The translations under genes were made by a program, and so were the position numbers. The notes beneath the pieces are model-generated. The model was not told where the DNA came from. It searched no databases and saw nothing but the letters and a program-made list of their open reading frames with translations. A stretch of DNA of 64,000 nucleotides from Alphaproteobacteria bacterium (GTDB taxonomy: Bacteria; Pseudomonadota; Alphaproteobacteria; GCA-2731375), in NCBI GenBank assembly GCA_965232515.1, contig CBDDPY010000002.1, positions 5,024,001-5,088,000 of the forward strand. The letters run 5' to 3'. This document shows positions 1 through 9,172 of the stretch, piece by piece (the stretch's first letter is position 1; the number at the start of each line of letters is the position of its first letter).

Positions 1-1136
1 CCGGCGCCGTCAGCGGCGCGACATTCGCCGACAAGCTCGGCGACTGGTTCGAGACCTTCCCCGGCTTCGCGCCGCACGGCGATACCGTCGCCATCGGCCT
101 GGTGGTGGTCGTGATCACCTACATTTCGCTCATCGCCGGCGAGCTGGTGCCGAAGCGCATCGCGCTCGCCGATCCCGAACGCGTCGCCTCGCTCGTCGCC
201 AGACGGATGAAGCTATTGTCCCGCCTGGCCGCCCCCGCGGTCTGGCTGCTCAAGGTATCGACCGAAGCGGTCCTTCGCTGCATGAGGCTTTCCGAGGCAC
301 GCAGAGAGACCGTGACCGAGGAGGAGGTGAAGTCGCTGATCGCCGAAGGCACCCAGGCCGGAATCTTCGCGCCGCAGGAGCGCGAGATGATCGATGGCGT
401 GTTCCGCCTCGCCGACCGGCCCGTGCGGGTCATCATGACGCCGCGTTCGGACGTTGTCTGGGTCGATTCCGGCGCCGACCGGAAAACGCTCAAACGCGTG
501 GTCGAGACCAGTCGCTTCTCGCGTCTGCTCGTGTGCGACGGTTCGATCGACCGCCCGGTCGGCGTGACGCACACCAAGGATTTATTGCCGCTGGCGCTGA
601 AAAACGCGCCCATCGCCCTGCCGTCCCTGATGGTGCCGGCGCTGATCGTGCCGGATCGTATCTCCGTCCTGAAGCTCATCGACCGGTTTCGTCTCGAAGG
701 CGTGCACATGGCCGTCGTCGTCGACCAGTATGGCCTGACCGAGGGTGTCGCGACGCTGACCGATCTCCTGGAGTCGATCGCGGGTGAGCTGCCGGAGTGG
801 GGCGAAGATGTCAAACTGCTCATCGAGCAACGCGATGACGGCGCCTGGCTCGTCGACGGGACGCTGCCGATCGACGAGTTCGAGGATCGCGTCGGCTTGC
901 GCGGCCTTCGAGAGCAGGATGACGTGCACACCATCGCCGGCTTCGTCCAGCGGCAATTCGACCGGTTGCCGACCGTCGGCGAGAGTTTCAGCTACCGGGA
1001 TGCCCGCTTCGAGGTCGTCGGCATGGACGGGCGCCGCATCGACAAGGTTCTGGTGCGGCTCGCGCCCGAACCCGCGCACGAGCCGGGATCAAGGCGCGGT
1101 GCGGGTGTGAGCGACCGCATGGCAGCGAAGGATTAG
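1..1136 (+). CDS. Hemolysin/CorC-HlyC family protein (CNNM TM + CBS pair + CorC domain), 5'-truncated
   Basis: GELVPKRIAL, IMTPRSDV, VVVDQYG..EGVATLTDLLESIAGE and C-terminal TIAGFV..F.VVGMDGRRIDKVLV motifs; frame open from the window start. Confidence 0.9.
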   Translation, partial: GAVSGATFADKLGDWFETFPGFAPHGDTVAIGLVVVVITYISLIAGELVPKRIALADPERVASLVARRMKLLSRLAAPAVWLLKVSTEAVLRCMRLSEARRETVTEEEVKSLIAEGTQAGIFAPQEREMIDGVFRLADRPVRVIMTPRSDVVWVDSGADRKTLKRVVETSRFSRLLVCDGSIDRPVGVTHTKDLLPLALKNAPIALPSLMVPALIVPDRISVLKLIDRFRLEGVHMAVVVDQYGLTEGVATLTDLLESIAGELPEWGEDVKLLIEQRDDGAWLVDGTLPIDEFEDRVGLRGLREQDDVHTIAGFVQRQFDRLPTVGESFSYRDARFEVVGMDGRRIDKVLVRLAPEPAHEPGSRRGAGVSDRMAAKD

Positions 1137-2044
1137 CTTTTCGGGCCATGTCGCCCGGGCAGCGGCCCGCCACTGACGAAATAGACGCCGGCGGAGATCA
1201 GCACGATGGCCGCCCAGTCGATCGGCGTCGGCCATTCGCCGAGCACCGGGATGCCGAACAGCGCGGTCATCGCCGGGCAGAGCGAGGCGAAGGCGGCGCC
1301 GCTCGAGGCGCCGAGCAGGCTGACCGCGCGGCCGTAGAGCAGGAGCGAGACGATGGCGGTCAGAATCCCCTGAACGACGGCTTGCAGGGCGATGTCGGGC
1401 AGCGGCGCGTTGACCAGGCTTCCGCCCGTCGCCAGCACATAGATCGGCACATAGGTGACCAGCGCGCCGACGGCCGTGATCGCGGCGGCGTGCAGGCCGT
1501 CGAGGCGCGCCTTCCGCATGGCGACCGTATAGCAAGCCCACAGCAGGCCGGCGCATATGAACAGCAGGTGGCCGATGTTCTGCCGCGACCCCAATGTGCC
1601 TCCGGCGCTCCAGACAATGCCGATCACGCCGATCAATACGAGTGCGAAGCCAAGCCGCTTCTGAACGCCGAACGCCTCGCGCAAAACGACCGCCGCCAGC
1701 AGCGCCACCAGCAACGGCATCACGCCGGGAAACAGCGCGCCCGCATGGGCGGCCGGCGCAAAGACCAGGCCCGCATTGGCGACCAAAACCATCGGCGCGC
1801 CACCGCCCAGCAGAACGGCGGCAAAGCCCAGCCAGCCGAGCCGGTGGACGGCCAGGCCATGCTTCAGCAGGTAGGGCAGCACGATCAATCCAGCGACGCC
1901 GAAGCGGATGGCGGTGATGTCCCAGGGCGTCAGACTCGTTTGCAGACTGAGGCGCGCGGCCACGATCCAGCCCGACCAGATGCTGACGGCGCCCAGGCCG
2001 TAGAGCGCGCCGCGCAGATATTCCGAAGCCGTCGGAATCGACAT
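1133..2044 (-). CDS. EamA/DMT family transporter
   Basis: Hydrophobic C-terminal part of ORF 1133..3064; start placed at MSIPTASEY; about 10 TM segments, ends GIPVLGEWP. Confidence 0.85.
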   Translation of the reverse strand: MSIPTASEYLRGALYGLGAVSIWSGWIVAARLSLQTSLTPWDITAIRFGVAGLIVLPYLLKHGLAVHRLGWLGFAAVLLGGGAPMVLVANAGLVFAPAAHAGALFPGVMPLLVALLAAVVLREAFGVQKRLGFALVLIGVIGIVWSAGGTLGSRQNIGHLLFICAGLLWACYTVAMRKARLDGLHAAAITAVGALVTYVPIYVLATGGSLVNAPLPDIALQAVVQGILTAIVSLLLYGRAVSLLGASSGAAFASLCPAMTALFGIPVLGEWPTPIDWAAIVLISAGVYFVSGGPLPGRHGPKS

Positions 2045-2176
2045 GACGCAGAGGTCCGTTGGATGGGCAATCGCGGAAACGATCGACGGGATGACAGGTT
2101 CGCGAATTACCACCGATCCAGGGCCGGACACTGGCAACAATCGGACTCCGACGTTCGGGTGTAAACTCCGACGGCC

Positions 2177-2779
2177 ATGCCGGATGAAATGAGCGCTGTC
2201 GACGTCATCGATGCGGAACGCGCCAACCGGGCGCGCATTGCCCGCGATACCCGGTTCGACGGCCTGTTCTTCACTTGTGTGCGGACGACGAGGATCTATT
2301 GCCGGCCGATCTGCCCGAGCGTCCATGCCCGCGCGGCGAATATTTTCTTCGCGCCCAGCGCTGCGGCGGCGGAGAGATTGGGCTACCGTCCCTGTCTGCG
2401 CTGCCGGCCGGAATCGGCGCCCGGAAGCCCGGCCTGGCGCGGTACTGCGACCACGGTCGCGCGCGCCATGCGGCTGATCGACGAGGGCTATCTGGATCAG
2501 CATTCGGTCGCGGCGCTCGCCGCGACGCTCGGCATTGGCACGCGGCATCTCCTGCGCCTGTTCCGCCGCCATGCCGGCGCCTCGCCCACGCAAGCCGCCG
2601 CTACGCGCCGCGTGCAGGCGGCGAAACGCCTGATCTCGGACACCGACATGCCGCTTTCCGAGGTCGCCTTCGCCGCCGGCTTCAACAGCATCCGCCGCTT
2701 CAACGACGCCTTCCGCAAGACCTACAACCGCGCGCCCACGAGCCTGCGTCGCGGACCGCGGGCCGGCGGCAACAGCTAG
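2177..2779 (+). CDS. Ada Zn-binding domain + AraC HTH regulator (AdaA-like)
   Basis: RDTRFDGLFFTCVRTTRIYCRPIC and GYRPCLRCRP; AraC-type AGFNSIRRFNDAF. Confidence 0.9.
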   Translation: MPDEMSAVDVIDAERANRARIARDTRFDGLFFTCVRTTRIYCRPICPSVHARAANIFFAPSAAAAERLGYRPCLRCRPESAPGSPAWRGTATTVARAMRLIDEGYLDQHSVAALAATLGIGTRHLLRLFRRHAGASPTQAAATRRVQAAKRLISDTDMPLSEVAFAAGFNSIRRFNDAFRKTYNRAPTSLRRGPRAGGNS

Positions 2780-2858
2780 CGACGAGATCGTCGAACAAGG
2801 TGCCTGCGGCTCGAATAGCGTTATCCGGCATGGACAGTTCTCTGCGACATGCGGCCGT

Positions 2859-3488
2859 TCATCCCGCGGATGGCGCTGCGGCCGCGAGCGCCGCCGCCGC
2901 GGCGAGCTTGTGTTTCGCCTGCCAGGGCGGCCCGATCGAGCGACCCATCGCGACAAGCGCGGCGTTGATGTCCGCGCCACCCAGCACCGTTGCCGCCTCG
3001 CGAAACACGCGTTCGCGGTCGTACCAGTACACGGACCAGCCGCGCGCTTCGGCCGCCGCCGCAAGGGCCTCGCGATACATCACGGAATCGGCGAAGGTCT
3101 GCGCGCGATTGTCGGCGATGCGCTCCTCGGTCGTCGGCGGAAGCTCGGGGCAGGCGCGGATCGCGATGCGCGCTATCGGCACGGCCACCGCCGCGGCCAG
3201 CGTTTCAAGGCTCGCGCGCGCGCCGTGCGCCGCGGACTCCCGCACCCGCTCGACAAGCTCGATGGCCTCGGCAAGCGAAATCTCCCGCGCCCAGGGGCTG
3301 TCCAGGTAGCGACCCACCGCCCAGGAGCCCTCGTGGTGATGCGGGTGCGTCGGCAGGCCACTATCGGTCAGGTCGACGCGGCGGCGGTCGAGCAGCGCAC
3401 CGTCGGGCCCGACCGTGACCAGCACCGCCGAGTTGCCGTGCTCGGTGACGCCGACGGTCGCGGCGTGGCGCGTTGGTTCGCCTGACAT
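2859..3488 (-). CDS. Hypothetical protein
   Basis: Protein-like composition (VGVTEHGNSAVLV, PTHPHHHEG, GPPWQAKHKLA); fills the gap between neighbours; start uncertain. Confidence 0.7.
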   Translation of the reverse strand: MSGEPTRHAATVGVTEHGNSAVLVTVGPDGALLDRRRVDLTDSGLPTHPHHHEGSWAVGRYLDSPWAREISLAEAIELVERVRESAAHGARASLETLAAAVAVPIARIAIRACPELPPTTEERIADNRAQTFADSVMYREALAAAAEARGWSVYWYDRERVFREAATVLGGADINAALVAMGRSIGPPWQAKHKLAAAAALAAAAPSAG

Positions 3489-3653
3489 GCCGTTCGTGAC
3501 CGGAAACACCTTAAAAATAGGCCTTGCCCGCTCGGTCGCGTGCGTTTGTTTACCTTTGATTTACCATTTTTAACGCATCTTCGCGGCGCCGGACATCGTC
3601 GGCCATGTCCGAATCGATTCGGCGATCTTCAGTGGTCACACAAAGGAAAAGCC

Positions 3654-4022
3654 ATGACCGTAACGAAGACTCAGCTTGCCGATGCCTATGCTGCGGCGCT
3701 GAACAAAAATCTCGGCGACGCCTGGGACACCGACTTCAGCCGCAAGGACGCGAACACGCTCCTCGATCTGCTGTGGCCGGTCGTTTCCGACCTCGCGCTG
3801 AAAGACACCAAGAAGACGAAGCCGGGCAGCGTGCCGCTCGGCCATCTCGGCCGCTTCAAAATGGCCTTCAAGAAGGCGACCAAGTCCCGCAAGGGCACCA
3901 ACCCGTTCACCGGCGAGCCGATGACCTTCAAGGCCAAGCCGGCGACGCTGCAGCCGCGCTTCACCGCCGCCAAGGCGCTGAAGGAAGAGGCGAGCAAGTA
4001 CGCCAAGCGGAAGCTGAAGTAA
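3654..4022 (+). CDS. HU/IHF-family DNA-binding protein
   Basis: TKTQL, LGRF and RKGTNPFTGEPM..KAKPA..PRFTAAKALKE arm motif; AAAGGA RBS. Confidence 0.9.
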   Translation: MTVTKTQLADAYAAALNKNLGDAWDTDFSRKDANTLLDLLWPVVSDLALKDTKKTKPGSVPLGHLGRFKMAFKKATKSRKGTNPFTGEPMTFKAKPATLQPRFTAAKALKEEASKYAKRKLK

Positions 4023-4075
4023 GGCGTTTGCCGCCAACAGCGGCAACACGACATAGCGGCCACGGCCGCCGACAT

Positions 4076-4100
4076 AACCCCGGCTCCGGCCGGGGTTTTT
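4076..4100 (+). terminator. Rho-independent terminator
   Basis: AACCCCGGC-TCCG-GCCGGGGTT stem followed by T tract, after the HU gene. Confidence 0.8.
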
Positions 4101-4141
4101 CGTTGCAGTAATTCAATCCCGGGGGCGTTAGGCTGGCGCCC

Positions 4142-4660
4142 ATGCTGCCGACGTTCGAGACCGAGAGACTGCTTGTTCGTCCGCGCACGATCGCGGACCT
4201 CGAGGATTGCCTCGCCATGGATCGCGATCCGGCGGTGACGCGCTACGTGCCGGGGCCGTGGGCCGATCCTCCACGCCATCGCGCCTTCGTGCTCGAGCGT
4301 ATGCAGGCCGTCTATCCCGACGGCCTCGGTTATTGGTCCGTCGTCGAGCGTGCGGACTCGACGGCGTTCCTCGGCTGGATCCTGCTGCTGCCCTACGACG
4401 CGGTGAAGGACGAGGTGGAGATCGGTTGGCGTTTCGTGCAGGCGAGCTGGGGCCACGGCTACGCGACCGAGGCCGCGGCGCCGGTCCTGGACCACGCCTT
4501 CCGCACGGTCGGCCTGGACACGGTCGTCGCCGACATCGATCCCGCCAACACCGCCTCGATCCGGGTCGCCGAGAAGCTCGGCCTCGAATGGGTCGAGGAC
4601 CGCGAGATCGGCGGCGAGCGGGTCAAGTCCTACCAGATGCATTTTGAGGAACGGCGATGA
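4142..4660 (+). CDS. GNAT acetyltransferase, RimJ/RimL family
   Basis: FETERLLVRP, EIGW, WGHGYATEAA, NTASIRVAEKLG. Confidence 0.9.
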   Translation: MLPTFETERLLVRPRTIADLEDCLAMDRDPAVTRYVPGPWADPPRHRAFVLERMQAVYPDGLGYWSVVERADSTAFLGWILLLPYDAVKDEVEIGWRFVQASWGHGYATEAAAPVLDHAFRTVGLDTVVADIDPANTASIRVAEKLGLEWVEDREIGGERVKSYQMHFEERR

Positions 4661-5283
4661 TCGATCAAACGACGCTGATAACCTATCTCGCCATCCTGCT
4701 GGGTTTCGTCTTCATACCCGGCCCGGCCGTGCTGCTGACGCTGGCGCGCGCGTCGGGGTCCGGCACCCGCGCCGGCCTGGCGACGGCGCTCGGCATCGCC
4801 GCGGGCGACATCATCCATACCGTCCTGGCCGTGATCGGCATCTCGGCGGTGGTGCTGGCCTCGGCCTTCCTGTTCAGCCTGATCAAGTATCTCGGCGCCG
4901 CCTATCTCGTCTATCTCGGCCTCAAGGCGATCTTCGAGAAAGCGCCGGGCAACCATCTCGCGCCCACCGGTGGCCTGACATCCAAGGCGGCGTTCCGCCA
5001 GGCGATCCTGGCGGAAGTCCTCAACCCGAAATCCGCCCTGTTCTTCCTGGCCTTCCTGCCGCAATTCGTGCGGCCGGAAAACGGCCTTGTCTCGCTGCAG
5101 CTCATGACACTCGGCGTGCTGTTCGTGCTGATGGGGTTGCTCAGCACCGTGGTTGTGGCCATCGCCGCCGGCCGGGTCGGCACGTTCCTGCGCCGCAATC
5201 CCGTCGTCCTGCGCTGGCAGGGCAAGGTCGTCGGCAGTATCTATTGCGCCCTCGGCGTCCGCTTGGCACTGCAGGAGAAATGA
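4657..5283 (+). CDS. LysE/RhtB family exporter
   Basis: IPGPAV, KYLGAAYLVYLG, LNPKSALFFLAFLPQF. Confidence 0.9.
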   Translation: MIDQTTLITYLAILLGFVFIPGPAVLLTLARASGSGTRAGLATALGIAAGDIIHTVLAVIGISAVVLASAFLFSLIKYLGAAYLVYLGLKAIFEKAPGNHLAPTGGLTSKAAFRQAILAEVLNPKSALFFLAFLPQFVRPENGLVSLQLMTLGVLFVLMGLLSTVVVAIAAGRVGTFLRRNPVVLRWQGKVVGSIYCALGVRLALQEK

Positions 5284-5294
5284 GGCTGACCCGC

Positions 5295-5927
5295 TTACTG
5301 CCGTGACGCCGCGAGATTGATGCCGAGCGCCACCAGGATGCCGCCGCCGATCCGCCCCGCCAAACGGTTGGCCCATGGCGATGTCGTCAGCCGCTGCACG
5401 ATCGTTCCGGACAGCAGGATGCAAACCGCATCCGTGATCGAGAACATCACGTTCACGATGGCGCCCAGGATCAGGATCTGTCCCCAGACCGGCAGCGACG
5501 CGGCGACATCGGTGAATTGCGGCAGAAACGACAGGTAGAAGATCGCCGTCTTCGGGTTCAGCAGCTCGACGACGACGCTGTCGCGGATCGCCCGGCCATC
5601 CGGCTTCGCGCGGGCCGTCGCACACGGCGGCGCGGACAGATTGGCGGACCTGAAAAAGTCGATACCGAGCCAGATCAGATAGGCGGCGCCGCAAAGTTTC
5701 ACCACCCCATAAAGGACGGGCACGGTCTGCAACAACATCGCCAGCCCGAACGCCGCGGCGGCGATATGAACGTAACCGGCCAAATGAAATCCCAGTGCCG
5801 ACAGCCAACCGGCCCGGTGTCCCCGCGCCATGGTCTGCGCCGCCGCGTAGAGCATGCCCGGGCCGGGCACGCAGGCAAACACGGCGGTTGCCAGAAAGAA
5901 CGGCAGCAGCAGCTCGAATGACGCCAT
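5295..5927 (-). CDS. LysE/RhtB family exporter
   Basis: VPGPGM, GAAYLIWLG, LNPKTAIFYLSFLPQF. Confidence 0.9.
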   Translation of the reverse strand: MASFELLLPFFLATAVFACVPGPGMLYAAAQTMARGHRAGWLSALGFHLAGYVHIAAAAFGLAMLLQTVPVLYGVVKLCGAAYLIWLGIDFFRSANLSAPPCATARAKPDGRAIRDSVVVELLNPKTAIFYLSFLPQFTDVAASLPVWGQILILGAIVNVMFSITDAVCILLSGTIVQRLTTSPWANRLAGRIGGGILVALGINLAASRQ

Positions 5928-6507
5928 TGGCCCCTCGCTCCCCATCGATCGCCGATGTTCTAGCACGGGGGATACATGGGCCGAGCGAACGGGGCGGGCG
6001 GCAAATTGCCACCCTTACGGCCTCTCTTGTCGCTCTCGTCGTCGCCAAATTCGGAGATTGCGGCGTTTGGGGGTGGCCGCCGGCGGTGGGACGAGGGTGC
6101 CCCGGTGCCGGCGGCCGCGCCGCGCTAGGCTGGCCTGTAGCGCCGCCGCGCCCAACCAAGCTCTACCAGCCCGACGCCAAGAAGGTTGCGCATTGCAAGG
6201 TCGATCACGTCTGCCGCCCCGCCAATCCTGCGGTGTTTGTCGAGGCGACAAACGTCAAGCCCTCAACCGTTCCGCAATGTCGCAACCAACATGTACATAC
6301 GCTCGTCTTCAAAACCATGCTGCCAGGGCGCAGATGGGGCTGCTTGACAGCAATGTTCGATAAACTTGGCATTTTCGTTCAATTTTTTGCCGGTTTGTTG
6401 AACCTTCGGCTTTGCCGGCCGCCGCCGTTCGGCGCACAATTGGCGCTGGAGGGCGTGCGGGCGGTAGTCATCTCGACGATCCGCCTTGCGGGACGGGCGA
6501 CGTTGAC

Positions 6508-8109
6508 ATGCAGTTGGCGTTCGGTGATTGCGAGTTGGATCTGGCGCGTCGGGAGCTGCGCCGGGACGGCGCGGTCGTCCATATCAGAGCCAAGGTGTTC
6601 GAGGTCCTGAGCTACCTGATCGCCAACCGGGACCGGGTCGTGAACCGCGACGATCTCATGGCGCATGCCTGGCCCGGCCTGACCGTCAGCGACACCACGC
6701 TCAGCACCTGCATCCTGGCCGTGCGCCGCGCCATCGGCGACGACGTCAACGAGCCACGCTTCGTCAAGACCCTGCGCGGACAGGGCTTTCGCTTCATCGC
6801 CGATGTCACCGTCCTCGATGACGCCGAAACCGTGGCCAACCCGGCGCCGACGAGCGGCGACGCCGTCCATGCGCGCGAGGACAGCCTGTCGATCGCCGTC
6901 CTGCCGTTCGCCAACCTCAACAACGATCCCGACCTCGACCACCTGGCCGACGGGCTGGCCGAGGACATCATCACCGCGCTGTCGCGCTTCAAGGCCTTCA
7001 CGGTGATCGCCCGGAACTCCAGCTTCCTCTATCGCGGCCTCGCCAACGACATCCAGCGGATCGGCGCCGAGCTGCGGGTCGATTACGTGCTTGAAGGCAG
7101 CGTGCGGCAGGCCGGCGGCGTCCTGCGCGTGGCGGCGCAGCTGATCCACGCGGCCACGGCCAAGCACCTCTGGGCCGAACGTTTCGACGGCCGGATCGAC
7201 GATCTGTTGAGCTTGCAGGACGATATCTCGCGCCGGATCGTCACCAACATCGGGCCGGAAATCGATCAGGAAGAGATCCGCCGCGCGGCCGGCTTGCCCG
7301 CCGGCGATCTCCGGGCTCAGGAGATGGCCTGGCGGGCCCGGGCGCTGATCGACCGGGCCCGCGCCGAGGGCAATGCCGCGCTCGCTTTAGAGGGCATGGA
7401 GCTGGCCGAGGCCGCCGCCGAGCGCGATCCGCAATGCCGCCAGGCCTGGTGGACGATCACGTTCGTCAACTACACCCGCGCCTTCGCCGGTCACGGGCCC
7501 GATCAGTCGGCGTTGCTGAAGCGCGCGCGCGAGGCGGCCGAAAAACTCCGGGCGCTCGATCGCAACGATCACAGCGCCTACATGTCGCTCGGCTGGATCA
7601 GTTACATCGAGCAGGACTTCGAGCGCGCCATGTCCTATCTCGATCAGGCGCTGACGCTCAATCCCAACTGCACCATGACTTTGATGCTGACCGGCGTCAT
7701 CGCCATGCGGAACGGCTCGCCTGAAGCCGGCTACGACTATCTCGCCCAGGCGATGCGGTTGAGCCCGCGCGACACCTTTCTGGGCTTCATGCTCGCGGCC
7801 CAGGCCGTCATCTGTTACGCGCTCGGCCGGTTTGATGAGGGCGTCGACCTGGCGCGGCGGGCGATCCAGCGCGAGCCGCACGCGCCGGCCAACCACGCCA
7901 TCCTGGCCGCCTGTCTCATGGAGACCGGCGATATCGCGCAGGCCGGCGCCGCGATCCGGGCCCAGCGCCGGATCAACGAGACGCTCCTGCAGCTCTATCT
8001 CGAGGGCAAACGCCTGCCGTTCAAGGACGCGCATCTGAACGAACGTTATCTCGCCGCCCTGCGCCGCGCCACCGATGCCGCCCACGACCCATCCGACGAA
8101 GTGGGATAG
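6508..8109 (+). CDS. Winged-helix (OmpR/CadC-type) + TolB-like + TPR regulator
   Basis: FGDCELD..RELRR, FVKTLRGQGFRF, SIAVLPFANL, VIARNSSF, TPR-like helices. Confidence 0.88.
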   Translation: MQLAFGDCELDLARRELRRDGAVVHIRAKVFEVLSYLIANRDRVVNRDDLMAHAWPGLTVSDTTLSTCILAVRRAIGDDVNEPRFVKTLRGQGFRFIADVTVLDDAETVANPAPTSGDAVHAREDSLSIAVLPFANLNNDPDLDHLADGLAEDIITALSRFKAFTVIARNSSFLYRGLANDIQRIGAELRVDYVLEGSVRQAGGVLRVAAQLIHAATAKHLWAERFDGRIDDLLSLQDDISRRIVTNIGPEIDQEEIRRAAGLPAGDLRAQEMAWRARALIDRARAEGNAALALEGMELAEAAAERDPQCRQAWWTITFVNYTRAFAGHGPDQSALLKRAREAAEKLRALDRNDHSAYMSLGWISYIEQDFERAMSYLDQALTLNPNCTMTLMLTGVIAMRNGSPEAGYDYLAQAMRLSPRDTFLGFMLAAQAVICYALGRFDEGVDLARRAIQREPHAPANHAILAACLMETGDIAQAGAAIRAQRRINETLLQLYLEGKRLPFKDAHLNERYLAALRRATDAAHDPSDEVG

Positions 8110-8188
8110 GTCACCGTTCTGCCCGGCGCCTCACGGTAGGTTCGTCGAACGGCGCCAATGGCCGTGGTTGCACAAGGGCGGATGGACC

Positions 8189-8590
8189 ATGCCTTCGACA
8201 TCGCTTGCCGATTATCAGGTGCTGAGCGACACCGACTCCACGCTCGACGCGAACGGACCGGGCGATGACAGCCAATCCTTTACATTCGACGTGCCGGACG
8301 ACCTGACCACGTCGACAAGCGGCGCGCGCAAGGCCATCGTCACCTTCAAGTTCCGCCCCATCGAGGACAGTCAGATCCGCATGCAGTTTCACGGCGCCGA
8401 GCTGTTCGACATCAACTTCGACCGCAGTATCACGCGCATGCACTGCGAGACCTTCGACATCGGCGAGATCCTGCTGCAGGACTTCGGCCAGGGCTCGAGC
8501 CTGCCGACGTCGACGCAGTTCGTCGTCGAGGTCGTGTCCGGCCGCGTCAAGTTCGGCGATATCGTCGTTTGGTACCAGATCAACCGCTGA
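8189..8590 (+). CDS. Small acidic, probably all-beta hypothetical protein
   Basis: Typical codon usage; alternating hydrophobic strands; ends FGDIVVWYQINR. Confidence 0.75.
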   Translation: MPSTSLADYQVLSDTDSTLDANGPGDDSQSFTFDVPDDLTTSTSGARKAIVTFKFRPIEDSQIRMQFHGAELFDINFDRSITRMHCETFDIGEILLQDFGQGSSLPTSTQFVVEVVSGRVKFGDIVVWYQINR

Positions 8591-8595
8591 TCGGA

Positions 8596-9012
8596 CTACG
8601 CCCAGCCGAGCGCGCGGGTGGCCCAGCCGGCGTTCCAGATCTTGGTCATGTGCTTGATCCGGTCGCCGTCGAAGTCCATCACGTAGACATAGTCCGAGGC
8701 CACGCGCTTGCCGGTGGCCGGCACCGGCCCGCCGTCGCCCGTGTGCGTGCCGGAAAACACCGCATAGCCCGAGACATTGCCGCGGGCCTCGTCGACGGCG
8801 AACGATTTCACCTCGTAGCTGCCGTCCGGCATCAGGACCAGCAGGCCCTGCATCCAATCAGCATATTCCGACAGCGTGCGCATCTCGGCCAGCGGCTCCG
8901 CCTGCGAGGAGAACGTGGCGTCGGGCGCGCAATATTGGCGGCAGCCCTCCCATCCCCTTCCGGTCTCACACGCATCGAAAAAGTCCTTCGCGATCTCTTC
9001 CATCGAGGCCAT
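8596..9012 (-). CDS. SnoaL-like ester cyclase
   Basis: FSGTHTG.GGPVPATGKRV, IKHMTKIWN; GAGGGAG RBS. Confidence 0.85.
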   Translation of the reverse strand: MASMEEIAKDFFDACETGRGWEGCRQYCAPDATFSSQAEPLAEMRTLSEYADWMQGLLVLMPDGSYEVKSFAVDEARGNVSGYAVFSGTHTGDGGPVPATGKRVASDYVYVMDFDGDRIKHMTKIWNAGWATRALGWA

Positions 9013-9172
9013 TTCGGCTCCCTCCGTCATGCGATGGTCGTCAGCCGGCCGCGCGCCGACCGGCATCTGCTAAACTGCGTACGCGATATCATCTCGATCG
9101 TCCCTCCGGGCAGCGAGGATAGCGCGGCCGCCGTTTCCGGAGAAGCGGTGCGCGGTTTAGCGGGGGTCAGGC

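Noticed and set aside
5930-6500. Structured RNA or riboswitch in this long intergenic region (also 18820-19220)
   Set aside because: Only generic GC-rich hairpins and no recognisable conserved motif; an Rfam/Infernal search would be needed
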